DNA of 64,000 nucleotides from Octopus vulgaris (taxonomy: Eukaryota). The translations under genes and the position numbers were made by a program. The notes beneath the pieces are model-generated. The model was not told where the DNA came from. It ran no database searches and saw only the letters and a list, made by a program, of their open reading frames with translations. The DNA lies in contig OX597823.1 of assembly GCA_951406725.2 (NCBI GenBank), positions 33,046,001 to 33,110,000 of the forward strand, given 5' to 3'. Positions 1 through 12,384 of this stretch are shown here, piece after piece; the first letter of the stretch is position 1; each line of letters starts with the position of its first letter.

Positions 1-700
1 TAATCGTAATCTATGCTGTTTGGAAGGTGTTTCAGTCAAATTTCACTAAAAGATATCCATTTTCCTGAAAGCTATGAGCGAAAAATGGGATCTTTTGAAA
101 TTCCGAAAGTCCTCTCTCCGACCTCACTCCCGTTCGTTTGTGCAAATTTTCTTTTTCTTATCTGTTTTCTGCACATTTTTCTTACACCTATTAGACTGGG
201 GTTTTTTTTTTCATTTTGGTGACCAGGCGCTAAATTAGATCCTGAAAGTTTTGAGGGAAAAAAACGGATCGTATGAACTTTCTGACAGTCTTCTCCCCAC
301 CCCCTTTGGAAAAACATTTTCCCTTCAAATTTCTTTATAATCGTAATCTACGCTGTTTGAAAGGTGTTTCTGTAAAATTTCATTAAAAGATATCCATTTT
401 CCTGAAAATTATGAGAGGAAAAAAAACCCTGATTGTGTGAGATTTCCGACAGTCCTCTCCCCACCACTTCGGAAAATTTTCCCCAGAAATTTCTTTACAA
501 TCGTAATTTGTGCCTTTTGAACGGTATTTCTATGAATTTTGCTGAAAGTTATGAGGGAAAAATCAGATCTTGTTAATTTTCCTAAAGTCCTCTCCCACCG
601 TATCCCCGTTCGTTTGCACAAATTTCTTTTTCATATGTTTTCTGCACATTTTTTTACATCTTGTAGGCTGTTTTTTTTTGTTTGTTTTTGTTAACGGGTC
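1..700. repeat. Diverged tandem (satellite-like) repeat, irregular units of roughly 100-240 bp
   Basis: Recurring blocks AATCGTAAT (2, 339, 499), CTGAAARTTATGAG-like, AGTCCTCTCCC and CCCGTTCGTTTG. Confidence 0.65.
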
Positions 701-1171
701 TCGAACTGTATATTGACCAAAGTAATAGAGTTTGAAATAGGAAAAATATTTCAAACAAATAACTAATGTGCCACAATACACTACAACAGCTTCGGTGCTC
801 AGGCACTTTAAATATCTTGTCTTGAGGTAGCATCAAAAGATGGCATGACCCAACAAATCCTGGTGTGAATTATAGCGCAGGAGCACTTGTGTATGAATTA
901 GAGTACTGTAATTACATGAAGTAATACATTTCCTTGCCTGTGACCAAGCACATAAATCCAAACGAAGAAAATTCCTTGAAAATAGCTACTGTACTCTAAA
1001 TCACTTCAACTGCATTAGAAGGAAGTGAAATAGGAAAATGACAGCTGACCTCATAAATTCTAATGCATTATATGTTAAAGAGTAAAATCTAAGTTACGGT
1101 TTCTAAAAGAGCTGATTTAAATATAAAACGAATTAAAGAAATATGATAATGCTATTAAAGTGAAACTTACA

Positions 1172-1312
1172 TTTAATTATCTCCCTTAGACAGGTAATTT
1201 ATTTGGAACTGCGTTATGTGCAACATGTTGGAAAAGGGCCCTTACCTTTAATTATCTCCCTTAGACAGGTCATTTATTTGGGAACTGTGGTATGCGCAAC
1301 ATGTTGGAAAAG
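1172..1312. repeat. ~75-bp tandem duplication
   Basis: TTTAATTATCTCCCTTAGACAGGT...GCAACATGTTGGAAAAG occurs twice. Confidence 0.8.
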
Positions 1313-1589
1313 ATCCTGTAGCTCCCTTACAAGGGCACCTAGAAACTCAGAACCGCTTCCATTGTCCTCTGTGGAAGATTTTACACAGGAATTAGCTTTC
1401 AGCTTTTATATGGATGCTGTAGTCTTTCTTGCTATAAATAGATAGACACACACACATTCATCTTTATTATATAGATATATATACACACATATATATATGC
1501 AGACATCTGTATATATGCACATATATACACACACATATGTACACACATACATATCTCAATACACACACACATTTAAATCCAACATATCT

Positions 1590-3705
1590 AAAGAATTTAC
1601 AAAAAGGCTCATCAATAATGTTCAAAGTAGCTGACCAATGTGAGGCAATAGTTATCATGGACAAGAACCATTACAGAGATATGTTTATGGAACAACTTAA
1701 TAACCAACACTCCTACAAGAAGCTAAATCAAAACAAGGATGAAAATACCATGAGCAAGATACATAGACTGGTCTCAAAATATCGTAATAACCTAACTGAG
1801 AATGAAGTTAATTATTTAACCAACTTCGAAGTAAAAGCCAGTAACTTCTATGGATTACCCAAAATCCACAAATCAAAAGAAATCGAAGATAACATAAAAG
1901 GAAACAATTCAACATATGTCGAAATTCCGAACCCCCAAAACCTGGAACTATGCCTAATCCTTGCAGGACCAGCATCCAGTGTACATCACTTCAGCAACTT
2001 AATAGATATAGTTCTAAAATCATTATGCAAAATGATACCAAATTTTATCTGGGATTATATGGATTTTTGAATTTAAACTACATACCTAAAAGTGTTCACC
2101 AGGTGATAATTCTTGTGAGGTTCAATGTAAGTAGTCTACACACCAATCTCCCACACAACCTGAGAATTGAAACTATAAATTTCTGGTTAAAAAGCACCTG
2201 AATCATATCATGGAAAGATTCTCAAAAACCTTCATTTTGGAAGGATTAAAATTAATACTGGAAAACAGCCACTTCTTCGACAACTTCTACTAACAAATAA
2301 AAGGAACAGCGATGATGACAAAAGTAGCTCCCACTTATGCAACACTTGTAATAAGTTCTTAGAGATCAAACTCTATTCCCAACTAACAGAAACATTTAAC
2401 AAACAATTCTCCATTTATGTATATATATAAAAAAACAATTAGAAACGGTATTTCGATAACTATTCTATATTTTGGACCAAAAACTTAGGAATCTTTCACT
2501 TACTTTTAAATGATTAACATACCTCAATGAAATTCACTATGGAACAACACACAAAGGAATTACCAATTAGACATACTTCTAATTAAAGAAGATAACACCA
2601 TAAAAACAGATCTCTTCTACAAACCTACAGACACGCACCAATATTTGAACTTACATTCCTCCCTTCCCTCACATACCAAAAGGAACATACCCTTTAATAT
2701 GGTAAAATGAATTTGCACTATAGTTATAGATACAAAATTAAAGGATAAAAGATTACAAGAATTAAAAATATTTCTAAAAGAACAAAAGTATCCCACTAGA
2801 TTAATTAACACTGCAATCAACAAAGCAAAAAACATCCCAACTACAGGCCTCAGTGGAAAACAAACACATAAAAATGAACTGATAAACATTCCTTTTGTCA
2901 TAATCCAAAACCCAAGAAATCACAACACCATCATTATTTCAAAAAATATCTCTCAATCATCAAAAATGAACAAATTAATAACAAATTTTAAAATAATTTA
3001 TAGCAGACATCAAGCACGCAACCTAAAAAAGCTCTTAACCCAAGCAAGATTTACAACTAGCGAAGCTACAAAGAGAGTTCAAAAATGTGGTGACCCTCGT
3101 TGTGGAACATGTGATTACAATGAAGAAGGAAAACAAATTGCTTTTAAAGACAACATTTTAAAAATAAATGCAAGTATGAATTGCAAATCCAGAAACCTAA
3201 TTTACTCTGTCACATACCCCAAATGCAAAGAATACTACATTGGTGAAACAGGCATATGAGAGACTATATGAGTGAAGGCAGTGAGCTGGCAGAAACGTTA
3301 GCACGCCGGGCGAAATGCGTAGCCGTATTTCGTCTGCCGTTACGTTCTGAGTTCAAATTCCGCCGAGGCCGACTTTGCCTTTCATCCTTTCGGGGTCGAT
3401 AAATAAAGTACCAGTTACGCACTGGGGTCGATGTAATCGACTTAATCCCTTTGTCCGTCCTTGTTTGTCCCCTCTATGTTTAGCCCCTTGTGGGCAGTAA
3501 AGAAATATATATGAGTGAGTAAGGGTACATAAACCACAAATCCATGACCTCTCTGTTAATAACACAACTTGCAGTAAACACTTTGAAAAATGTGGGAAAA
3601 GAAAATTCAAAATATTCCCTCTTTTCAAACTATGGACAGAAAATGAATATTTTTGTAAGGCCATGGAAGAATACTTTATTTGAAAATACCAGCCAAAGCT
3701 GGGCA
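1590..3705 (+). mobile_element. Penelope-like retroelement (RT + GIY-YIG endonuclease), frameshifted and decayed
   Basis: KVADQCEAIVIMDK...FYGLPKIHK, QIKGTAM, FYKPTDTHQYL, then KCGDPRCGTC...NLIYSVTYPKCKEYYIGET and KFKIFP...MEEYFI-KYQPKL; many stops; interrupted by a SINE. Confidence 0.9.
3276..3507 (+). mobile_element. tRNA-derived SINE (core GCCTTTCATCCTTTCGGGGTCGATAAA, Meta/MESC-like by recall) inserted in the Penelope endonuclease
   Basis: B-box GAGTTCAAATTCC; 11-bp TSD TATATGAGTGA at 3265-3275 and 3508-3518. Confidence 0.85.
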
Positions 3706-3909
3706 AAAAATAATACCAGAACTACCATCCCAACAATCCACAGAAAGACACCAATCAAACACTGCGCGAATAATGAACACTACATAAGAGTATATGCTCT
3801 TTTATGTACTATATTTAAGCACCCAAAGAGTCAGATGCAAAATTTTCTCTCTCTCTCTCTCTCTCTCTGTATATGTGTGTGTGTGTGTATATATTTATAT
3901 ATATGTATT

Positions 3910-4379
3910 ATCAAAATAAGCAACAGGATATTCAGAGGTGATGCAGTACGATCATTTCAAGCGACTCCATTTTATTGAACAATGCAATCATTACATCAAT
4001 TTAAATGCAGAGCTATCCTCAGTTGTATAAATAAATAGAATTTATTTTATCACTCAAACACATTTGTATAATGTTACCTAAATCCTCTATGGGGGTAAGC
4101 AGACAGACAAAATCCATGCTGTATTCACTTCAGCTTAGAATCCATACTGTATTCACTTCTAAACTGAAGTGAAAACAGCATGGATTTTGTCTTCTTACCC
4201 TCTTAGAAGATTGAGGTAAAATTATACGAATGTGTCTGACTGATTAAATAAATTCTATTTATTTATTTATGCAGCTGAGGACAGCTCTGCATTTAAATTG
4301 ATGTAATGATTGCATTGTTCAATTAAATGGAGTCTCTTGAAACCACATCACCTCTGGATATCCTGTTGCTTATTTTGAT
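3910..4379. repeat. ~470-bp imperfect palindrome (inverted Penelope-type terminal repeats)
   Basis: 3910-4140 is the near reverse complement of 4157-4379; lies immediately downstream of the Penelope ORF. Confidence 0.9.
3941..4028 (-). ncRNA. Degenerate type I hammerhead ribozyme motif
   Basis: Minus strand: ATACAA-CTGAGGA-long hairpin-GAAA-T-GATC-GTA-CTGCAT; the sister copy has stem I 5' arm ATGCAG, complementary to CTGCAT. Confidence 0.6.
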
Positions 4380-4473
4380 TTTATTCACCTTATTTTGAAA
4401 CTACGGATAATTCTGCACTAATTTTTGGTGCCTCAACCTAAATACCTAATTCATCTGAATCTCAATTATTTTG

Positions 4474-4531
<58 letters not shown>

Positions 4532-4639
4532 ATGTGGACATGTATGTGTGAGTGGCTGTATGTATACATGTGTGTGTGAATGTGTGTACTGTGTACACGT
4601 TTGTATGCATGCATATGTACAGATGTATGTGTGTGTGTG

Positions 4640-4696
<57 letters not shown>

Positions 4697-4934
4697 ATGC
4701 GTGTATATCTTAATGTATAAAACAGAGTTTGTGTGTGTCTGTGTGCATGCATATATTCCTTATGGATTAAAAAACTGAGTTGCTAATTTTGCTTTTTTTA
4801 CTACAAAAATAACCCTGAAAACGAGGTCAGGTCACACAATTATGAGGTCTTTAGCTAAGGGAGGCAACTCTGCTAGAACAATCTTCATCAATACTCGATA
4901 TAACGACAAATGTAAACACACACATGCACAGATT

Positions 4935-5085
4935 AGGTGCAAGAATGACTGTGTGGTGAAGAAGTTTGCTTCCCCACCAATGGTTCCACGTTCAGTCCCT
5001 CTGCATGGTACTTTGGGCAAGTGTTTTCTACTATAGCCTTACGCCAACCACAGACTTGTGACTGAATTTGGTGAATGGAAATGAC
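4935..5085 (+). mobile_element. 5' part of abundant tRNA-derived SINE (CTTGGGCAAGTG, CORE-like)
   Basis: Similar to the copies at 8815 and 48859. Confidence 0.7.
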
Positions 5086-5203
5086 CAAAAAGAGTTGTTT
5101 GCTTCATACTCCTCGTGTGCTGATTCTGCTCATAAGAAAAGAACAAATAATAATACAATGTGGCTGTAGGTCATAACACCTGGGCAATGCCAGGGTACAT
5201 TGC

Positions 5204-5241
<38 letters not shown>

Positions 5242-5252
5242 CACACAGCTCT

Positions 5253-5890
5253 CCTTGTCCACTCCCAAACAATGGAAAGAATCCGGGGTAGAGGTAGACC
5301 CAGGAAGACATACGATGAGGTGAAGCATGACCTTCGAACGTTGGTCCTCACAGAAGCAATGATAAAAGACCAAGACCTCTGGAGGTATGCTGCGACTGAG
5401 AAGACCCAGCAAATAAAGTGAGTTCACAGCTGTAACCTACACCAGTGTCACATAACCAGCCCACTCAAATGTACCTTGGATCGTAGGGCGACATGCCATG
5501 CTTGAGGAAACCTATTGAGTCAAGTACATCAACATCAGCAATATCAAAATCAAATCAAATGGAAATTGCAGTTGTGACCCTCGTGCTGGTAGCACGTAAT
5601 AAGCACCATCCAAACGTGGCTGATGCCAGTGCTGCTTTGACTGGCTTCCATGCCATTGGCATGTAAAAAGCACCATCCGATCATGGTCAACACCAGCTCT
5701 TCTGGCCCCTGTGCCAGTGGCACGTAAAAAGCACCCACTATACTCTCGGAGTGGTTGGCATTAGGAAGGGTATCCAGCTGTAGAAACATTTGGGTCTGGT
5801 GCAGCCTCCTGGCTTCCCAGATCCCAGTTGAACAGTTGAACCCATGCCAGCATGGAAAACAGACGTTAAACGATGATGATGATGATGATA
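5253..5890 (+). mobile_element. RTE-clade LINE 3' fragment with 3' UTR and (GAT)n tail
   Basis: RGRGRPRKTYDEVKHDLRTL...WRYA followed by the common 3' UTR ending ...GACGTTAAACGATGATGAT. Confidence 0.85.
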
Positions 5891-6354
5891 TATATATACA
5901 AAACAAGTGATCTAAACAATTATGTATGCTCGGATTACTAGGGCTCCAAGATTATAGCCTAAGGACTTCTACTAAAGTTTCTATAAAGTTGGAAAGTTGA
6001 ACTACAAACTTTTATGCTTCTTTTTTCTTTCTTTCCACCTCCTTATTCTGATCCCCATTCCTTATGAGTATGCCCAGCATTTTGCCACCATCTCTATCCT
6101 GCTGTCTCCCACTCTCTCTCTCTCTCTCCTTCCCCTGCACTTCTCTGAAGTTGGGTAACCATGTATTTCCTTTGTGGTAGCGCACCTGTTTCAGTCTTCA
6201 TTCCTGATCGATCTCTCTCTCTCCCTCAGCCAGGTAACCTTGTACTTCTTCTACAGCCAGACACCTGTTTCTGTCTCTCTGTCTCATTATCATCTTTCAT
6301 CATCTGACACAAGATCACCTCCTCCAATGCCCCATACCCTCCTGTACAGATCTC

Positions 6355-6710
6355 TTTTCAAAATAAATGCAGGTATGAACTGCAAAACGCAAAACCTCAC
6401 ATACTGCCTTATCTGCCCAAACTGCAAAAAAAATTACATTGGCGAAACAAATAATTCCCTCTGCCAAAGTGCAAGAATCCACTGGCAACATATCCAACAA
6501 GAGGAATTATGCAAGATTCCATTAAGTAACCATCTGGAAATATGCAGTGATGGAAAATTCAAAATTTTTCCCTTTTACAAATGTGCACAGGACGATCTGC
6601 AATACTGAAAAGCAATGGAACTACATTTCATCAAAGAATTCTCTCCAAAGTTGAATGTTTGAAATAAAAGCGGAGACAGTACATTTTGTATTCTAAATAT
6701 AACTCAAATA
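6355..6710 (+). mobile_element. Penelope-like GIY-YIG endonuclease 3' fragment
   Basis: KINAGMNCKTQNLTYCLICPNCKKNYIGET...HLEICSDGKFKIFPFY...MELHFIKEFSPKLNV*. Confidence 0.85.
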
Positions 6711-7303
6711 TCAGAAACATAATGCTCTTCTCTGTAAATATTCAGATGTAAATGTGTGGCATTCACGTGTTCAGAGCTTTGCGTATTTTCTAGTTTGTAA
6801 GTATTACACTAATGTTCTCTGACGCAACAACATGAAATTGGAAGAGGCATGATCAAAGTTACACAGTATAAACATGGACATGTTTCCAAACACACACACA
6901 CACACATGCACACACACACATGCACACACACTTCATTAAGGGATTCTCTCCGAAATTGAATATTTGAAGATAAAGCGGAGAATTTAAATTTTTTTATTCC
7001 AAATGTGACTCATATATATATATTTAAAATATTAGAAAAAAACCACCTTTTATCAATTCAAAATGAATAATTAAATTACACCATCTAGAAAATTACATAT
7101 AATAGAAAAGTTAAAATTAAATAACAATTAAAAAGTAAAGATTAAGTATATATGAATGGGAACGTGAAACTCTGAGTAACAGATTTTGTTATATTTCTGC
7201 TGCTTTTAAATAAAGCATATTACTCTACCTCTGGTATTTGAGTACTCTTTTTTTCCACCTTGTTTCACACTTATGTGCTTACTCCAGTATATATCTATCT
7301 ATC

Positions 7304-7336
<33 letters not shown>

Positions 7337-7674
7337 TTTAATTTGAAAATATTATATTAATGTCTTTTCATGCAGAATTACATTTCATCAAAAAATTCTC
7401 TCCAAAATTGAATGTTAAAAAAAAAAAGTGGGGAGACAGTACATTTTGTATTCTAAATATGATTCAGAGGAGAAAAAGAAAGAAAGAGGGGAAAAAAAGA
7501 TGGAAGGGGAAGAGAGAAAGAAAGCAAAAAGACTGTTTTTTTCCTTTTGAAGAAGTCACCACCCTTAAACCCCTTCCAATACAATGGTAAAAGACTAAAT
7601 AAATAAATGAATGGTGAATAGAAAGGGGGATACCCCTTTTCTCTCTCTCTCTCTTTCTCCCTCTACCTATCTAT

Positions 7675-7746
7675 TTATCTGTCTGACTATCTATCTATCT
7701 TTCTATATATCTACCTACCTACCTACCTACCTACCTACCTACCTAC

Positions 7747-7799
<53 letters not shown>

Positions 7800-7816
7800 A
7801 GCCTATCTACCTACCT
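7675..7816. repeat. (CTAC)n/(CTAT)n microsatellite
   Basis: Direct reading. Confidence 0.95.
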
Positions 7817-8045
7817 ATAACCTCACCCAAAAAAACAAAATCAATGTTCTGTTCTAAACAACCCTCCACAAACATTTGTTTTATATAAATGAACAGGCTG
7901 TTTGTACATTCACAAAATTTTATTTGACAAGTTCTAGAAAGGAACAAAAGCACTAATAATAATGAAGAAATGAAAAGATTTTTTCCCCAAAATTCTGACT
8001 TTTTTTCAATATTCAATTTCTGTACATCACACCTATCACTCTATG

Positions 8046-8085
<40 letters not shown>

Positions 8086-8407
8086 CACATACACACACAC
8101 CATACCATGTGTGACCTCAAATAGGTGCCCTGAATAGGTGACCTCAGATCAGTAGGCACCCCACTAGTCATCTTTTGACAATTCACAACAATATTGACCA
8201 CTCCAAAGTATTCCATTTCTTTATTCTTGATGGACTTAACTCTCCTTCTCTCTCCCTTCTCCATTACTATTAGTCTTATCTTTATCTTTATTTTTATTTC
8301 ATTCACTTCTTCTTCTTCTTCTTCTTCTTCTACTACTACACATATATTTGCCCTTTTTGTGTATATTTTTTGTGTGTATACTTGTAAGAACATTTTTTGC
8401 TATTTAA

Positions 8408-8615
8408 CTGTTTCATTACCATATTTATTTTGAGATGCTTTGTGTTTTAAATATAACAAAGAAATTAGTTAACCAACTTAGTTATCATTAAGCTAGTGTT
8501 AAGAACATAAATCATGACTAAGGTTTGGTGGAAGATTTTAATACAAAACTTATGAAAACAAGACATATGTACAACAGAGCCAGAGGCAGTTTTAGTTGGG
8601 TTGGTATTGAAAGGT
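8408..8615. mobile_element. piggyBac-type MITE, diverged copy
   Basis: Flanked by TTAA; internal sequence matches the copies at 13822 and 14388. Confidence 0.7.
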
Positions 8616-8753
8616 TTAAGCAAGCAGAAAAACATATTTTTCAGTTTGGAAATGGTTATTTGAAACTTGAAACTCATACCAGAGTCACTCACTGTAAACA
8701 TTATTATTAAGATAAAAATTATTCAAAAACACCATCTCTACTCATTTTTTCAA

Positions 8754-8814
<61 letters not shown>

Positions 8815-8816
<2 letters not shown>

Positions 8817-8953
8817 CGCAGGAGTTTACCAACCACATGGTTCCGGGTTCAGTCCTACTGCGTGGCACCTTGGGCAAGTGTCTTCTACTATAACCTCGGG
8901 CCGACCAAAGCCTTGTGAGTGGATTTGGTAGACGGAAACTGAAAGAAGCCCGT

Positions 8954-9007
<54 letters not shown>

Positions 9008-9210
9008 TGTGTGTGTCTGTGTTTGTCCCCCTAGCATTGCCTGACAACCGATGCTGGTGTGTTTATGTCCCCATTACTTAGCGGTTCGGCAAAAGAAACC
9101 GATAGAATAAGTACTGGGCTTACAAAAGAATAAGTCCCAGGGTCGAGTTGCTCGATTAAAGGCAGTGCTCCAGCATGGCCACAGTCAAATGACTGAAACA
9201 AGTAAAAGAG
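8815..9210 (+). mobile_element. tRNA-derived SINE (CORE-like) with internal (TA)n(TG)n, near full length
   Basis: GGTTCCGGGTTCAGTCC B-box region, CCTTGGGCAAGTG core, 3' end CAGCATGGCCACAGTCAAATGACTGAAACAAGTAAAAGA. Confidence 0.85.
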
Positions 9211-9247
9211 TATATATTCAAAATAAGCTACAAGAATATCTTCGGTA

Positions 9248-9337
9248 ATTTGGTACGATCGTTTCACGCTACATCATTTTATTAAACATTGTAAGTATTA
9301 CAACAGTTTTAAAATGTTGAGCAACCATCAGCCATTT
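9248..9337 (-). ncRNA. Degenerate type I hammerhead motif in a Penelope-type terminal repeat fragment
   Basis: Minus strand: TGG-CTGATGG-long hairpin-GAAAC-GATC-GTA-CCA; flanks resemble 3911-3940. Confidence 0.55.
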
Positions 9338-10176
9338 ATAGAGGTTTCCCATTAATATATATTTTCATATTAATTGATAACATTATAGAGAGGGTAGATA
9401 CTTAAGTACCATATTCATTTGAATCTAAATTTTGCTGAACTTATATATATGTATATATATAAAATCAAAATAAGCAACAAGGATATCCAGAGGTAATGCA
9501 GTACGATTGTTTCATAAAGACATAAAATTTAATTAAATTAAAACAGATGGGACACATTTGTATAATTATACCTAAAATCTCCAAGAAGTATACCATACTA
9601 AATTCTGGTGCCTCAACTTAAGTACCATATTCATCTGAATCTAATTTATTTTAATCACTTTACTTTGAAATTGTATGGATAATACCATACTAAATTCTGG
9701 TGCCTAAACTTAAATACCATATTCATCTGAATCTAAATTCTTGCTGAACTCATCTACCATGCCCTAACCATAACCCTAATTTACAAAAAAAAAACAAGAC
9801 AAAGATAGGTGTGTAAACAAGAAACAGATGTATTAGTTTAATGCTCGGGAAGTGAGAAAAACTTTTACGTTACAAGCCTACAGTCTTCGACAGAATGGAA
9901 CACAGAAATAAACAGGGAGAGAAAATAGAAAAAGGTTTAGTGGCTAGTGATCTATCAAGGCAAATGCTGGACAGAGGACTCACACAGGAGAGCTAGGATA
10001 AAGGGAAGATAATAAAGTAGTGGTGATCCCAAAACAAAGGTGTATGTGTGTGTAGAAGGGGACTGGTGACCTTGACATGTGCGTGTGTGCATGTGTAGGT
10101 GTGTGGATGATGGTGTGGGTGCTGGGAAGTGGTCTGTTCAGGGTATGGTGGTGTGTGGGGGAGGCAAGAGTGGATA

Positions 10177-12384
10177 TCATCATCATCGTTTAACGTTTGC
10201 TTTCCATGCTAGTATGGATTGGACGATTTGACTGAGGTCTGGCAAACCAGATGGCTACACCAGATTCCAATCTGATCTGGCAGAGTTTCTACAGCTTGAT
10301 GCCCTTCCTAACGCCAACCACTCTGAGAATGTAGTGGATGCTTTCACGTGCCACTGGTACGAGGGCCAGTCAGGTGGTACTGGCAACGGCCATGCTCAAA
10401 TGGTGTTTTTTATGTGCCACCTGCACAGGAGCCAGTCCAGTGGCACTGGCAATGACCTCGCTTGAATGTTTTTTCACGTGCCACTAGCACAAGTGCTAGT
10501 AAGGCAATGCAGGTAACAATCACGCACGAATGGTGTTTTTAACATGCCATTGGCTCGGAGGCCAGCTTGTTGCTCTGGCCCCAATCTCACTTGTATGGTA
10601 CTCTTAGTGCTCCACTAGCAAGGATGCCAGTCATCAAATTTGATTTCGATTTCACTTTCCTCAGCAAGTCTTCGCAAGCAGAGTTTAGTGTCCAATGAAG
10701 GAAAGGCATGCATAAGTAGAGTGGTTACACCCCTGGCATAGGATACAAGGTTATGGTTTCACTTGCGCTTGCTGAGTCTTCTCAAGCACAGCATATTTCC
10801 AGAGGTCCTGGTCACTAGTCATTGCCTCGGTGAGGAACAGTGTTTGAAAGTCATCCTTCACCACCTCATCCCAGGTCTTCCTGGGTCTACCTCTTCCACA
10901 GGTTCCCTCAGCTGCTAGGGTGTGGCACTTTTTCACACAGCTATCCACATCCATTCTTACCACATGACCATACCAGCGCAGTCGTCTCTCTTGCACACTA
11001 CATCTGATGCTTCTTAGGTCCAACCTTTCTCTCAAGGCACTAACACTCAGTTGAGTATGCACACTGACATTATACATCCATCAGAGCATGCTAGCTTCAT
11101 TCCTTGCGAGCTTACACATGTCCACAGCAGTCACAGCCCATGTTTTACCGCCATGTAGCATGACTGTTTGTACACATGTGTCGTACAGTCTACCTTTTAC
11201 TCTGAGCAAGAGGCCCTTTGTCACCAGCAGAGGTAAGAGCTCTCTGAACTTACCCCAGGCTATTCTTATTCTAGCAGCTACACTTTCAGTGCACCCTCCC
11301 CAGCTACTGACTTGGTTACCTAGGTAATGGAAGCTATCAACTACTTCTAGTTTTCCTTCCTGGAATGTGACGGAAGTTGCTCTCTACACATTTTCAGTGT
11401 TTATTGCTCCCGAGCATTTGCCACATACAAAAACTATCCTCCCAGTTAGCCTTCCTTTGATATTGCTGCACCTCTTACGTGTCCATAGCTTAAACTGGGT
11501 ACATCTTATAGAGTTTCTACCTACGCCTTTTCTACAGATCAAGCAAGGCCATCTACCTGAAGGGATTTGTGGTTTGTCTGCCTTCCTGCTTATTAGGACT
11601 TTGGTTTTAGCTAGGTTGACTCTAAGGCCCTTCAATTCTAATCCTTGTTTCCATACTTGAAACTTCTTTAGTTCTGGATAGTGACTCAGCAATTAGAGCA
11701 AAGTCATCATCATAGAGGAGCTCCCAGGGGCATCCTGTCTTGAATTCCTCCGTTATTGCCTGGAGGACTATGATAAATAGGAGGAGGCTGAGGACTGAGC
11801 CTTGGTGGACCCCTACCTCTATCCTGAATTCTTCACTGTATTCGTTGTCAACCCTCACCTTACTGAGAGCAGACTCTGTCAAAGGCTTTCTCCATGTCAA
11901 CGAAAGCCAGGTATAGGGGCTTATCTTTGGCTAGGTATTTCTCCTGCAGCTGTCTTACCAGAAATGTAGCATCAGCGTTGCTTTTCCCTGGCACGAAACC
12001 AAACTGCATCTCATCTAAACTAACTCTCTTTCTAATTAGTTGGGCTGTGACCCTCTCCGTGATCTTCATTACCTGATCCAACAGCTTGATACCTCTGTAA
12101 TTATTTGTATCTAAAGCATCACCTTCACCTTTGTAGCAGTTTACTATGCTGCTACACCAGTCATTGGGTATGACTCCTTCGTGTATCACCTGATTAACCA
12201 TACGGGTGACCAGGCTATAGCCGACACTGCCAGATATTTTGAGCATCTCTGCAGTAATTCCTGATGGGCCAGGAGCTTTCCCTGTCTTCATGCTTTAATT
12301 GCTTTATCTACCAAGGTACTGTCAACTTGGATAGCTGGTTCCTCTGTTGGGTCAACATTCAGCAGACTCTCTTTCTCCCATTCA
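10177..12384 (-). mobile_element. RTE-clade LINE, 5'-truncated (RT to 3' UTR), with internal deletion and frameshifts
   Basis: MKTGKAPGPSG...NYRGIKLL...QFGFVPG...AFVDMEKAFDRV, GVHQGSVLS, LLYDDD, RLRWYGHVVRM, GRGRPRKTW; (CAT)n tail at 10177. Confidence 0.93.

Noticed and set aside
4425-4778. YIYI/CVCV/HTHT-rich ORFs (also 17510, 22185, 27316 and others)
   Set aside because: These are dinucleotide microsatellite translations.
9757-9780. CCCTAA telomere-like repeats
   Set aside because: Only two degenerate units; too short to call an interstitial telomeric tract.
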